Assembly: GCF_036321535.1 (NCBI RefSeq)
Contig: NC_087437.1
Coordinates: 77,130,001-77,194,000, forward strand
Length of the DNA stretch: 64,000 nt
Direction: 5' to 3'
Source of the DNA: Camelus dromedarius
Lineage: Eukaryota
The translations under genes were made by a program, and so were the position numbers. Of the stretch, positions 36,796-49,159 are shown in pieces. Below the pieces are notes generated by a model. It was not told the DNA's origin. It did not search any database and was given only the letters and a program-made list of their open reading frames with translations. Each line of letters begins with the position of its first letter. Position 1 is the first letter of the stretch.

Positions 36796-39700
36796 GGATA
36801 TTAACTCTTTATTTGTCACATGATCACATAATTTGCAAATTATTTTCTCCCATTCAGTAGGTTGACTTTTTGTTTTGCATATGGTTTCCTTTGCTGTGCA
36901 ACAGCTTGTAAATTTAGTTAGGTCCCATTTGTTTATTTTTGCATTTGTTTCCTTTGCCTTAGGAGAGAGATCCAAAATAATCCTGCTACAATTTATGTCA
37001 GAGTGTTCTGCTTATGTTTTCTTCTAGGAGTTTTATGGTTTCTGATGTTACTTTTAGATTTGTGATCAACTTTGCATTTATTTTTGTGTGTGGTGTGAAA
37101 TGTGAAGTGAAATACTCTAATTTGGTTATTTTACTTGTAGCTGTCCAGTTTTCCCAGCACCACTTATTGAAGAGACTGTCTTTTCTCCATTGTATATTCT
37201 TGCCTCCTTTGTTGTATAGTAATTGACCATAAGTGCGTGGGTTTATTTCTGGATACTCTATTCTGTTCCATTGATCTATGTGTCTGTTTTTGTGCCAGTG
37301 CCATGCTGTTTTGATGATTGTGGCTTTGTAGAATAGTCTGAAGTCAGGGAGCATGAAACTTCCTGCTCAGTTCTTCTTTCTCAAGATTATTTTGACTGCT
37401 TGGGGTTTTTTGGGTTTCTACAAATTTTAAAATTATTTATTCTAGTTGTATGAAAAATGCCATTGGTATTTTGATAGAGATTGCATTGACTCTATAAATT
37501 GCCTTGGATAGTATGGTCATTTTAACAATATTAATTCTTACAATCCAAGAACATGGTATATCTTTCCAACCATTAATGTCATTTTCAATTTATTTCATCA
37601 GTGTCATTAGTTTCTGAATATAAGTCTTCTACCTCCTTAATTAGATTTATTCCTAGGTATTTTATTATTTCTGATGTGATGGTAAATGGGATTGTTTCCT
37701 AAATTTCTCTTTGTGATATTTTGTTCTTAGTGTACAGAAATGCAATAGATTTCTGAATATCAATTTTGTATCCTGCAACTTTACCAAATTCATTCATAAG
37801 CTGTAATCATTTTTTTGGTGACATTTTAAGGATATTCTATATAGAGTATCATGTCATCTGCAAACAGTGACTATTTTACCTCTTCCATTCTAATTTGGAT
37901 GTCTTTTCTTTCTTTTTCTGGTCTGATTGCTGTGGCTAGGACTTCCAATACTATATTGAATAAAAGTGACAAGAGTGGGCATCCTTGTCTTGTTCCTGAT
38001 CTCAGAGGAAATGCTTTCAGCTTTTCACTATTGAGTATGATGAAAGCTATGGGCTTATCAGATACAGCCTTTATTATGTTGAGCTATGCTTCCTCTTTAT
38101 CTACTTTGTGGCGAGTTTTTATCATAAATCAATATTTAATTTTGTCAAAAGCTTTTTCTGCATCTGTTGAGATGAGCATATGGTTTTTATTCTTTAAACG
38201 TGGGATAGAATTCTCCTGTGAAGCTGTCTGGTCCTGGACTTTTGTTTATTGGGAGGTTTTTTAAGTTACTGATTTAATTTTATTACTGGTAATTTTTCTG
38301 CTCATATTTTCTGTCTATTTATTTATAATTCAGTCTTGGAAGATTATAGGAATTTGTCCATTTCTTCTAGGTTGTCCATTTTATTAATATATGGTTGTTT
38401 GTAGTAATATCTTACTATCCTTGGGGGGGAGGGTATAGCTTGAGTGGTAAGAGCGCATGCTTGACATGCACGAGGTCCCAGGTTCAATCTCCAGCACCTC
38501 CTCCAAATAGAAATAAACCCAATTACCACCCCCTTATTAAAAAAAAAAAACAACAAATAAAACAAGCCAAACATGTGCTTTGATATTTTAAAAATACATA
38601 TCTTATTATCCTTTGTATTTCCATGATGTCAGTTTTAACATCTCCTTTTTAATTTCTAATTTTACTGATTTGGGTCCTGTCTCTTTTTTTCTTAATGAGT
38701 CTAGTGAAAAGTTTATTAATTTTATCTTTTCAAAGAACCAGCTCTTAGTTTCATTGTTTTTTCTTTTTTCTTTTTTTTAGCCTCTATTTCATTTATTTCT
38801 GTTTTGAACTTTTTGATTTATTTCCTTCTATTAAGGGGTTTTGTTTGTTTAGGTGTAAGGTTAGGTTGTTAATTTGAGATTTTTGTTTGTTTCTTTCCTG
38901 TAAATTTCCCTGTTACAACTGCTTTTGCTGCATCCCATAGACTTTTGATAGTTGTGTTTTTTTAATTTGTCTTCAGTTTTTTTTTTTTATTTCTTCTTCA
39001 ATTACTTTAGTGATCCCATTGGTTGTTTGTAGCATATTGTTCAGCCTCCATGTGTTTGTGTTTTTTGCAGTTTTTTTTTCCTGTAGTTGTTTTCTAGTCT
39101 CATAGCACTGTAGTTGGAAAAGATGCTTGATATAATTTCAATTTTCTGTAATTTACCAAGACTTGTTTTCTGGCCTATCATGTGATCTACTTTGGAGAAT
39201 GTTCCACACGCACTTGAAAAGAATATGTATTCTGCTGCTTTTGAGTGGAATGTTCTCTATATATCTATTAACTTCATCTGATCTAATATGTCATTTATGG
39301 ACAGTGTTTTTTTAATTGATTTTCTGTCTGAATGATCTATCCATTGATGTAAGTGGGGTGTTAAAGTCCACCACAAGTATTGTTACTGACAATTTCTCCT
39401 TTTATGTCTGTTAACATTTATTTATTTATGTATTTAGGTGCTTCTATGTTGGAAGCATATATATTTACAGTTGTTATATCTTCTTGGATTGATTTCTTGA
39501 TCATTGTGTAATGTCCTTCTTTGTCTCATTAGTTTTTATTTTAAATTCTGTTTTGTCTAATATAAGTATTGCTACTCCAGCTTTCTTTTAATTTCTATTT
39601 GCATGGAATCCTTTTTTCCATCCTCTCATTTTCAGTCTGTGTGTATCTTTAGATCTTAAGGGAGTCTTTTGTAGGCAGGGTATATATGGGTCTTATTTTT

Positions 39701-39960
39701 GTGTTCAGCCACTCTACATCTTTTGATTGGAGCATTTAGTTCATTTATGTGTAAAGTAATTATTTCTTATGTTCTCTGGGAGGATGGTAGAAGTAGGGTA
39801 ATCACTTATATTCTTACTGCCATTTTATTAATTGTTTTGAATTTTTTTGTGGTTCTTTTTTGTTCCTTTCTTCTTCTATTGCCATCTGCCTTTCTGATTT
39901 GATGACTACCTTTAACGTTATGTTAGGATTCCTTTCTCTTTTTTTTGTGTATATTTATTC
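36796..39960 (-). mobile_element. LINE-1, inverted 5' segment (endonuclease and reverse transcriptase relics of ORF2)
   Basis: ORF track peptides 36998-37354 ([32 protein letters not shown]...KWCWENW) and 36787-36975 (INKWDL...EWEKII) are L1 ORF2; the [10 protein letters not shown] motif reads on the minus strand at about 37847-37870; many stops and internal deletions. Confidence 0.97.
38423..38597 (+). mobile_element. tRNA-Ala-derived SINE (camelid vic-1-like) nested in L1
   Basis: gggggagggtatagcttgagtggtaagagcgcatgcttgacatgcacgaggtcccaggttcaatctcc with A and B boxes and A-rich tail; 16-bp TSD atatcttactatcctt (38407-38422) and atatcttattatcctt (38598-38613). Confidence 0.95.
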
Positions 39961-40585
39961 AGGTTACATGAACAGCTTATACAATTCAATATCAAAAAAC
40001 AAACCCCATTAAAAATGGGAAGAAGACTGGAATAGACATTTTTTCAAAAAAGAAACAGACAGACAACAGGTACTTGAAAACACTCAACACTGCCAATCAC
40101 CAATGAATGTAAATGAAAATCAGAATGAAATATCACCTCACACTTGGCAGAATGCCTGTCACCAAAAAGACCACAAATAACAAATGTTGGCAAGAATGTA
40201 GAGAAAAGGGAGCCCTTGTGCACTGTTGGTAAGAATGTAAGCTGATGCAGCCACTAGGGAGAACAGTAAGGAGGTTCCTCAATAAACTAAAAATAGAACT
40301 ATCACATGATCCAGCAATTCCACTCCTGGGTATATATCCAAAGAAAACAAAAACACTAATTTGAAAAGATACATGCTACGCAATGTTCATGGTAACACTA
40401 TTTACAATTACCAAGGTATGGAAGCAACCTAAATGTCCATCAACAGATATTGTACAACCAAGGGAATGCAGTCAGCATTTTATAATAACTATAAACAGAG
40501 TATATAACCTTTCAAAATTGTGAAACATTATGTATTACACCTGTAACTTATATAATATTGTACATCAGGTTTACCTCAATAAAAA
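39961..40585 (+). mobile_element. LINE-1 sense 3' segment of the same insertion
   Basis: aacagcttatacaattcaatatcaaaaaac...ccagcaattccactcctgggtatatatcc...gaagcaacctaaatgtccatcaacaga, then 3'UTR ending ctcaataaaaa. Confidence 0.95.
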
Positions 40586-41609
40586 TATAAGGAGGAACTG
40601 AATAAGAACATTAAAGCTATTCAAGAGGTTGCTACATTAGATGGTGGATGTTCTGTTAGAAGAAACTTTCAAACAAGCCGAATATGCAATGGACAAGGAG
40701 GACATGAAATAAATTATTCCTGAGTTGGTGAGTGGGGATTGCATGACCTCCAAAGGCTCTTGTATGCAAGGCTTTTATATCCTTATATCCTTCCTCTGGG
40801 CATCCCAATGCCAAGTAACAAGAGGAGGTTGAGAGCCACACTGCTAATTTATTTGCAAGAAAAAATGGAACACAGAATTACAGAGAAGAAAGGACTTCAG
40901 TTGAGAAACTCCCAAAATACAAATTGATATTAAGGTAACTACGCTTTCTTTTTACTAAGATAGTGGGCACTACACATAAATATATTAGAAATATTGAAAA
41001 TAGCCTTGGATCTGCTGTGAGTCCTATACAGACTTCTTGAAAATCGGTTCTATCACGTTATCTTATGGGTGATCCTGTCCTATGAAATGGTTACACTACT
41101 TCTACCCTCCTCCCAGAGAACATAAACAATGAGCTTGACATGTTTCTTCCCAGTTAGTGTGGCTTGCAAAGGTGAAGAGTATTGGCTTCCACACTGAGAG
41201 ATCACCCTTAGCCAGTTTAAGGATTCATCTAGTGATGCCCGAGATGTTGGTTGAACATAGCTGTTCTTAACTTCCTGACCATCCTATGTTAGTAGCATTT
41301 ATAGGAAAACTTTTTCACATTCCGCCACATACAACAGACTGTGATAAGCACACTTCCAATTTATGACTGGGTGTTAAACTACTGGACTGTCATATCCTTT
41401 GCAGTTGTTCCAGTTTTGCCTAAATTTCATGCCACTGCCTTTGCTGCTGTTTGTATGATTATGCCCTTACTATACTCCTAAGGTTGATCTTTATTCTCTT
41501 TTCCTTAGGAACTAGTTTGGCTAGTCTCTTGAATAAAGCCATGTGTCTTTCTTTTGGGAACAAGACTCTAGATGGCTTTGAGTAGTGGCACAATTGGCTT
41601 CCATTGTTC

Positions 41610-42070
41610 CCTACCAGTGTGTTTCTGTGATGGCTGTTCTCCTACCCTCTGCCTGCCTTCATCTGTTTCTACCCCTCTCTGCCCTACTGGTGCCCTTAGA
41701 ATTATCCACCCTTCCTGGATTCTGATTACAGTTGACCAATATTAACATGTGGGAGAGTTCAAAAAGTGAGAGATTGAAGAATGTCAATCTCTGATTCCTC
41801 TGCCTCAGCTTTGTGGTTTGGGCAGAGGCTACATCGCGTTCACACAACTCTTTTTAGAAGGCTATCCTCCCATGGCTCTGACTCACACTACATCCTGGTA
41901 ATTTCTTTTCCTCCTGCAGGTGGTTAGTTTCTTTTTGTTTTGCTAGTTCGTGGGTACCTCACATTCTTTTCTGATTACTTTAATCATGCCCACACCTCTG
42001 TAAACAGTCCCTTCATTGACTTATCTTCAAGAGTACCTTCTCCTTCCTGTTGGCATCTTGACTGAAAATA
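41610..42070 (+). mobile_element. LTR33-like ERVL LTR
   Basis: tgcccacacctctgtaaacagtcccttcatt and end cttcctgttggcatcttgactga match the recalled LTR33 3' half. Confidence 0.65.
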
Positions 42071-42399
42071 CTCTTCAGAGCCTCTATTTCCATGATCCTC
42101 CTGATTATTCCAGAAAAAGAAATGCCTTAGTTTCTAGTAGTTAATATATAAATCAAACATTAAGGTACTGATATAACTTGCTTCTCAAAAATGAAAGAAA
42201 GAGATCACTTATATTTGAGTGATAGGAAAACTCTGATGGAATTTATATAAAAGTGGCTGTGAAAGCAGACAGGTACCAAAATGGAAGAGTATGAAGGAAG
42301 TAAGCCCCAAACAGTTCTCTCTGTATCCCTTAGCTCCCTGAAGGATATCATTTATTTTCCATTTGTAGAGATAACCAATGGTGTTGAAATTTGCTAACT

Positions 42400-42545
42400 T
42401 TCATGGCCATTCCCACCACTAGACAATGAATTCCTTCAAGGCAGGAACCATGTCTCATTCATCATTTTATACCTGGGGTCTAACACAGATCCCAGCACAT
42501 AATTAAAGTCTTAAAAATATGTGTCGAATGAGTAAATAAATGAAA
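42400..42545 (+). mobile_element. L2 LINE 3' end
   Basis: ccactagacaatgaattccttcaaggcaggaaccatgtctcattcatc...gtcgaatgagtaaataaatgaa. Confidence 0.8.
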
Positions 42546-42569
42546 AGTAATGGTCAAATCTAAGAAGTG

Positions 42570-43042
42570 CATGTACAAACATGTTCATAGCAGTGTAGTT
42601 CACAAAAGTCAAAAGGTGAAAACAGCCCAAATGTCCATCAACATATGAAGGGATAAACAAACTGTGTTACTGTATATAAATACAATAAAATAGTATTCAC
42701 CCATAAAAAAGGAATGAAATACTGCTGCAACATGATTGGATCTAGAAAACATATCCTAAGTGAAAGAAGTCAAACACAAAAAGTCACATGCTACAATTTA
42801 TAAGAAATATCCAGAATGAGAAGAATCCACAGAGACACACCCAAATCGATGGTTGCTAGGTGTGGGGGAAAGGGAGAAATGGGAGAACTGCCTAATGATA
42901 CAGGATTTCTTTAAGGGTGATAAAAATGTTTTGGAACTAGATAAAGTTGTGGAGTGTTGTGAATGTACTAAATGCCACTGAATTGTTCACTTTAGAATAG
43001 TTAATTTTATGTTATGTGAATTTTACTTCAATTAAGAAAAAA
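42570..43042 (+). mobile_element. L1MB-like LINE-1 3' end
   Basis: atgttcatagcag...gaaaacagcccaaatgtccatcaac; 3'UTR tgataaaaatgttttggaactaga...gtactaaatgccactgaattgttcacttta...ttatgttatgtgaatttta. Confidence 0.9.
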
Positions 43043-43894
43043 TAGAAACCTAAGACATTCTCATAATGGGAATCTCGAAACTCTTCTTACCCATGAAAAA
43101 AAAAATGTGGGAAGGAATGCTTGCTTCAGTCCTAACTCTGATCATCCATGGACCTCTCCCTACCCCCATCCCCCATCCTGAATGCAGAGGCCATATTCTC
43201 ACAGTTCTTTAATGCTAACACTGTTGTTATACATTTGTCTTCACCCACCTATATCCTATTTACTGTCCTATTTACACTCATTTTTCCACTATTTACTTTT
43301 GACTTACATGCTCTGAAACACCTCTACTAAGTTTATTTTCTAATGTATCTTTGTTCTAACTTTGTATTCAGTGAACATTCCAGGGGAAAATTAGTATGCT
43401 CATTTTTTCCCTTTGAAAATCCATTGTAATCGAATACTTTCTGGTTAGTTATTATTGGGTTGCTATGAGTAGACCCACAACTACTTGTGGAAAATTTATT
43501 ACACAGGTCAGCCTGCCAAAGCTAGACCTCTCATCAAAGCATGGAAATGTATTTTAAAACAAGCCACATCCTTTAGGTTTCCCATTATTTGAGAATAAAT
43601 AAGAATGCTTTGACTTTATGGGAAATGAAGTTGAAAATCTTATAGGCATTACTCCCCAGGGGCATTCTGTAATTTGATTCAACATTAGTTAAAAGTTAAT
43701 GTCTATAATTCCCTATTTTTTCAGAACTGTTTGTTCTTTTTGTTAGACTTTTCTTTTCTTTTCTTTCTTCTTTTCTTCTCATTAAGACTCATCAGTAAGC
43801 ATTGTGCTCTTCTCATGTTGGACACTGAACTTTCTTGAATTAAAAACATTGTCTTGCTTGGCATAACGATCCAATGGAAGGGATAGTCTACTCA

Positions 43895-45880
43895 ACACAC
43901 TTTTTAAAGCATCTTCTAAGTGCCAGACATAGCCCTTGACATTTTTGATGCCAAAATAAGTATCTTGAGCTTACCTTCAAAAAACTCACAGCCTAGTAAA
44001 GAAAGCAGACTAGTGAATAAGTGTACATTATAAAGGGCTTTATATAGAGGCAAGAACAGGGTGCAGTAGAAGTGCCTAGCTCTGTGAAGTGAGCAAAGAG
44101 GGAGAGAGGTGGTTGTAAATTTAATGGATAAGAGAGTATAAAAATGCTTCAAAAAGGTGATAATGTTTAATTGAGCCTTGAATTCTTAATACTTTTCCAG
44201 GAACGTAGGAAGGAGAAAGGCACTTCACACTTAAGGAACATCATGCCCAGAAAAGTTCAGTAGCATGACAGACCAGGTCATGTTCCATGGGTGACCAGAG
44301 TTCAGCTAGACCACTCAAGCGTAAAGTGAATGGAGGAAGGATAAATAATAAAGCAGAAAAATTCATAACAGTTTGGTTATAATGAGTTTAAATGCTGTAA
44401 CAAAGGGTTTGGACCATGTCATTAGGTAAAGGAAAGCCATCAAAAGATTTTTAAACCCAAGAATAAACAGTTTCAATTTGTATCCTGAAAAAAAAAAATC
44501 AGTCTTGCAGAAATGTAGACAGTAGATGGAAGGAAACAAATGCAGGCCATTGCACAAACAAGGAGGCTCTTACAATGGTACAGGTGAGTAACGATGAAGG
44601 CTGGACCTGAGGCACTGGTTGTGGGGACAGATAAGAGAAAACTAAATAATGAATGCAAAGGTCATTGACAGAAATGGTGAGTGATGGGAAATGAGAAACA
44701 AGCTTGTAGAAGGAGTCATAGGAACTCCCAGATTTCTTACTTAGTTAATGGCATCACTGTCATTGACATTGCTCAAGATAATGATGAGGCATATTTGTGT
44801 CAAAAGCAATGACAAGTTCATTTTTAGAGCTAGAGAATTTGGTCCAGTGGAATATTTAGGTGGAGCAATTTAATACGTTATTAGATATACAGGGCTTTAG
44901 TTCAGGACAGAGTTTGGAGTTTGTTTTAGTCTTCCTCTTCCACCCATGAGTATGTCTGAGCTTTTGATCCTGGCTGGGTCTTAGGTATTCAGGGTGTGTG
45001 TGGGTGAGAGAAACTGGACCACTAATTCTGAAGTTTGGAGCTCAGGGCTATCAAAGGGTTAGTGCCTAGGAATGAAAAAAAAAAAAAAAGAATAAAAATA
45101 TCAAAATGTAAGCATGCAGTCCAACCAAGACATCAATCCAAGGGGCCCAGCAGAGGGGCTGAATCCAAGTACAAGCACACTGTGCCAAAGCAGCAGGATT
45201 GAGAATGGAGGCACATGTCAGAGAGCATCTCTGAGCTACTGAAGTATTTCCCCAGGTTATTTTTAAACCGAGTTAACAGATAGAAACAGAGACAAAGACA
45301 GAATTAGCTCCCAAGTATCCTAAACAATAGGTTTGGAATTCTTTGGTATAAAATAATGAGAAAATAATGAAATAACAGAATGAGAAATGTAGAGAACCCA
45401 TGACAAAATGCTAGAGAATAGAAATATATAAGTGACTATTATTTTGGATCCTCTGAGAAGCAGACACCAGTATGGGATTAGACATGCCAGAAACGTATTG
45501 GGACAAATGCCTTTGAAGGATAAAGGGGAAAGCAGGATTAGTAGTCAGAGTTTCAGACTATAGTTCTGTTCTAAGGTGATGGAAAATCCCTGAGACAAAG
45601 AATCCTGCTAGAATAATGGGTCCTGTTTATCAAGGGGGTTGGGGGAGGGAATCAGTCAGGCAGGGGTGGGAGGGCTAGAGAGTAAGCAGAGGGAGCAGCT
45701 GGGGCTTTCAGCCAACCATCCACTCCACAGCAGGAGATCTGAGAGTGCATTTTTGTGGCTGCCACAGTGACAGACTAGGGAATCAAAGATTCTGAGAAGA
45801 AAAAGATAGTAAGAGAAAGGGATGCATTTGAAAATCTGGGGAGAAAAAGAGTTTTAGGAAGATAGATGTAGTCATCTTAT
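43895..45880 (-). mobile_element. L2 LINE relic, interrupted (pieces about 43895-44921, 45327-45436, 45772-45880)
   Basis: gcatcttctaagtgccagaca start, collinear antisense L2 body (ggaaagccatcaaaagattttaa; gatgaaggctggacctgagg; ttagatatacagggctttagttcagg). The last two pieces are weaker. Confidence 0.65.
45437..45766 (-). mobile_element. LTR16-family ERVL solo LTR
   Basis: gagaagcagacacc...gggattaga left and ggagatctgagagtgcatttttgtggctgccaca right; perfect 5-bp TSD GTGAC (45432-45436 and 45767-45771). Confidence 0.85.
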
Positions 45881-46212
45881 GCAGGATTTGAAATTCTAAA
45901 ATACATTTGGTAAATCTTTTTGCCTTTTCACCACATATTATATCAGATGATATTCCTGATCCATAATATAAATTTTTACTTTGTTGACAAAATCACTTTT
46001 TATTTTGTTCTGTTGCCAGTAAAAATCAGACTAGTAAATTTTCTTATATGTTATTTTAAAGAGAAATAATTCACTTTTATCTTCTCTACACCAGATGCCC
46101 AAGTCACAGAACACTGGTTTTATAAGGGCTATGCTGCCAAACAAAAATTTGGAAACAGCTTTCTATATCCCTTTGTTTTAAATTCACAACATATTCACAT
46201 ATTATTAGCATG

Positions 46213-46704
46213 TGTGGTGGTCACGGAAGTGTGGCCACTCAGATCTCCTTTCAGTAGAACCAGCAATAGCAAAAACAATCAACTGACAGCTCCCAGCTAC
46301 CACACCTTCATATCCGTTGCAGTGTTCACGTCAAAGTCGCACTTCCCCCGGGGCTGGGCCCAGCCAGTGGCTGAGCATGGCAGGAGTTCTAGAGACAGGC
46401 CATTGTGACCCCGGGTAAGACTCTTCTGAGCGACGGTCTTGCTCCAGGACCTTTCTGTTGTCTGGTGAAGATTTTCTCTGAACTGTGCTATAGTCTGAAG
46501 CTCTTCCTACCCAGTCCTGCTTCCTTCCCTCTCACCTCTCATAGGCAACATACCTCCACCCTGACATGAAGGCACTTCCCACTTTTATCCTGGTCCCTCC
46601 CTCTATTTAGCTTTTACAGCTCTTTATTTTTTTAACCGGAATTATCTGTTTTATAATTTAATCCCATCTCGGCATCTGTTTCTCAAAAACCTCAAACTAA
46701 CACA
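46213..46704 (+). mobile_element. LTR16A-like ERVL solo LTR
   Basis: tgtggtggtcacggaagtgtggccactcagatctcc start; cccagccagtggctgagcatggca; end aatcccatctcggcatctgtttctc...aactaacaca. Confidence 0.88.
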
Positions 46705-47479
46705 AGTACATTAAAATCTTTGATCCTGAGCACTCTATAGTTAAGAAAATCACTTTTATTTAAATCAGTTTAGTTTTAATTTTCCTAAACGTAGAATTCT
46801 TTTCTTATAGAACAACAATTGTCATATCATGGAACTAGTAGAACATGTTAAATCTGTCATTCTAATTTACTGAACCCTCTCTTAGGGTCAACTTTCTTGG
46901 CTGTGATCAACTTTCTCTTCCTGTCTTGTGTCTTCTTAATCTCTTAATAGAACTCTTCAATTGTATTTCAGATCCATACTCTGCACCCTGCTGTTTGTTG
47001 AACTTTGTCTTAATGGAATTATTAGGTAGTTTCTTGGTATCATTAAAAACTCTAATTTTAGCTGGTTTTTTTTTTCTAATAATACTATACCTTTTGCCAA
47101 AATTGATACTAATTCTATAATTCAAGATTTTAGTTAGTGTGTAATCCCACTAAGTATTAGGAATTTGCTTCAGCTTTTTCTTTGGCCATCAAAACACTGA
47201 TCATGTTTCTATTCTTTATACTATTTTCAAGGTGTGCACTAGTTGCAAGTTATCATTTTATAGAGGATATGCTGATCTAACTCAGACGAGCACACTGACT
47301 GAGTTTAGCCAAATACTGAATTCCTAAAACATATATATCATTATTCACATATTCAACAGCAAGTCATTGAGGAAATGCAATATACCAGACATACCATGCA
47401 GGACTGTTTGGTCAATATCTATTAACCCTCAGAAAAACTGAAATAGAAGGTATTACAGATCCATCTTCAAGATCAAATG

Positions 47480-47874
47480 ATTCATTCCTCCAGTTTCTCA
47501 GAGTGCAGTCAGCAGACGGCTCCCAAACATCACTTTTCCTCTCAGTTGCTTTAGCTAGTATCACCCAAGGTCATGTCCTTTTCGTGGGATAATCCTCGTC
47601 CAGTGACTCCCTGACAAAGGGACATAAAGCTAGGCCCCCTCATCCTAGTTAGTGATATTAACAGTACTATTCCAGTTTCAGAACTCTTTGTAACATTGAC
47701 TAAGGCCTTTGAGACTGCATGCAACCTAACTTCTCCCTCAGTTCAAGCCTCCTTCTTTCTCTTCCCTTTTTCAGATGGTGATTCCAGGAGCACTGCCTAA
47801 TAATGCTCCTGCATGCTCATTTTCAACTCACCTGCTTCCAAGGGACATCCTCCCATAACCCACAAGCTGTAACA
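47480..47874 (+). mobile_element. LTR16C-like ERVL 5' LTR
   Basis: cacccaaggtcatgtcc...ccagtgact; tgagactgcat...aacttctccctc; ctaataatgctcctgcatgct; ends ...aca directly before the internal sequence. Confidence 0.75.
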
Positions 47875-49150
47875 GTTGGCACTGGACATGGTCTGAGAAA
47901 ACAGAGATGATGGTAGGATTTTGTAACTAAGTCATCTACCACCTAGTGGCAGTGAGTATCCCGTCATTGGTAAGTGGAGCTCAGATAACCTTTGGCACTG
48001 GTAGCAATATGATTATTAATTTTTTATTAAAGGTCAAATGGGATGCTAGGCCAGAGAACATGAATTTTCACTGCCCACTATTCAGATAATCGAAAATATG
48101 AAGAAAATAGAAAATATAATGGCTGTCAAATTGAGTGGCTGTTGCTAAACTCAGTTAACCTTTGGAAAAGATAACAAAAGACTGAGAGTTAATTGTGAAA
48201 GCTACAGTGCCTCCTTTGTGGCATATAAAAAGGCTCTCATCTGTTATACATGGTGGGTAGGGAAAGCTAGTATGAGACCAAGAGCTTAAACATAAAAATA
48301 CCAGAACTCCTAGGAAAGTCAAACTTGTGGCCAAGGCACGTCTGCGCTAACGGCTGAGAAAGTTGCGAACTTGACGTGTAGAATGGTTACACCTAGGTTG
48401 ATGCACCTGAAAATATGGAAGCCTCATTTTTCCTTGCAAAACAACAAGCACCCTCTCCCCCTTGGAATCTGCCCTCAACCCTGCCATGTAGGCCAACATA
48501 ACCTGACTGGAGAAGTGTTAGTTTATGAGATGGTTAATTTTATGTGTCAAGTTCCCTGCATTGCAGGAAAGACATTTGCCCAGACAGTTGACTAAAGAAT
48601 TTTTCTGAATGAGATTAGAATCTGAATCAGTAGACTGAGTAAAGCAGATTGCCCTCCCCAATTGGTGGGCAGGCTTCAGACAATCTGTTGAGGGCCTGAA
48701 TAGAACAAGAAGGCAAAGAAAAGGAGAGTGTACTCTGTCTCTCTGCCTGATTGATTAAGCTGGGACATCAGTCTTCTGTCCTCAGACGAACTTACGCCAT
48801 CGATTTGCCTGGTTCTCAGGCCTTCAGGCTTAGATGGAAATACATCACCAGCTTTCCTGAGTGGGACTTCTCAGCTTCCATAATCACATGATCCAATCTC
48901 TTATAATAAGTCTGTTTATAACATTTATATCTATCTACATGTATATCTATCTATATGTATAATATATATCTATGGATATAATATATCTCTCTATAGGTAT
49001 AATATACATATTATATATACTCTTGGTTCTGTCTGTCTGCAAAACCCTGACAAATGCAGTCTAATATGAGAGGAAAAGAAGTTTATCTCCAAATGAGCTG
49101 TAAGAGTTGGCCCACGTGTACCAGCAGGGCCAGAAGAGTATGCAAGGCAC
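47875..49150 (+). mobile_element. ERVL internal region (ERV3-16A3-like leader and gag relic), interrupted by MLT2
   Basis: PBS-position sequence gttggcactggacatggtctgagaaaacaga follows the LTR; gag-like HNLTGEVL before the MLT2 resumes as EEK..SPNEL*ELAHVYQQ..PEEYA after it. Confidence 0.7.
48526..49058 (+). mobile_element. MLT2B-like ERVL solo LTR
   Basis: tgagatggttaattttatgtgtcaa start, tgaatcagtagactgagtaaagcagattgccctcccca, end ttggttctgt...aaccctgacaaatgca; TSD GTTTA (48521-48525) and GTCTA (49059-49063). Confidence 0.93.
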
Positions 49151-49159
49151 CGGATTTTT

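Noticed and set aside
36998..37354. L1 ORF2 fragment as an active reverse transcriptase gene
   Set aside because: ORF2 is broken by stops, deletions, a SINE and the inversion.
37851..38264. 137-aa plus-strand ORF (MSSANSD...)
   Set aside because: Antisense reading of the L1 RT region, a well-known artefact ORF.
40930..41600. Possible ERV-internal or ancient LINE sequence next to the LTR33-like element
   Set aside because: Could not read any retroelement motif; left unannotated.
45144..45162. CTCF-like ccagcagaggggct
   Set aside because: Mismatches at the 3' core positions; weaker than the 47934 site.
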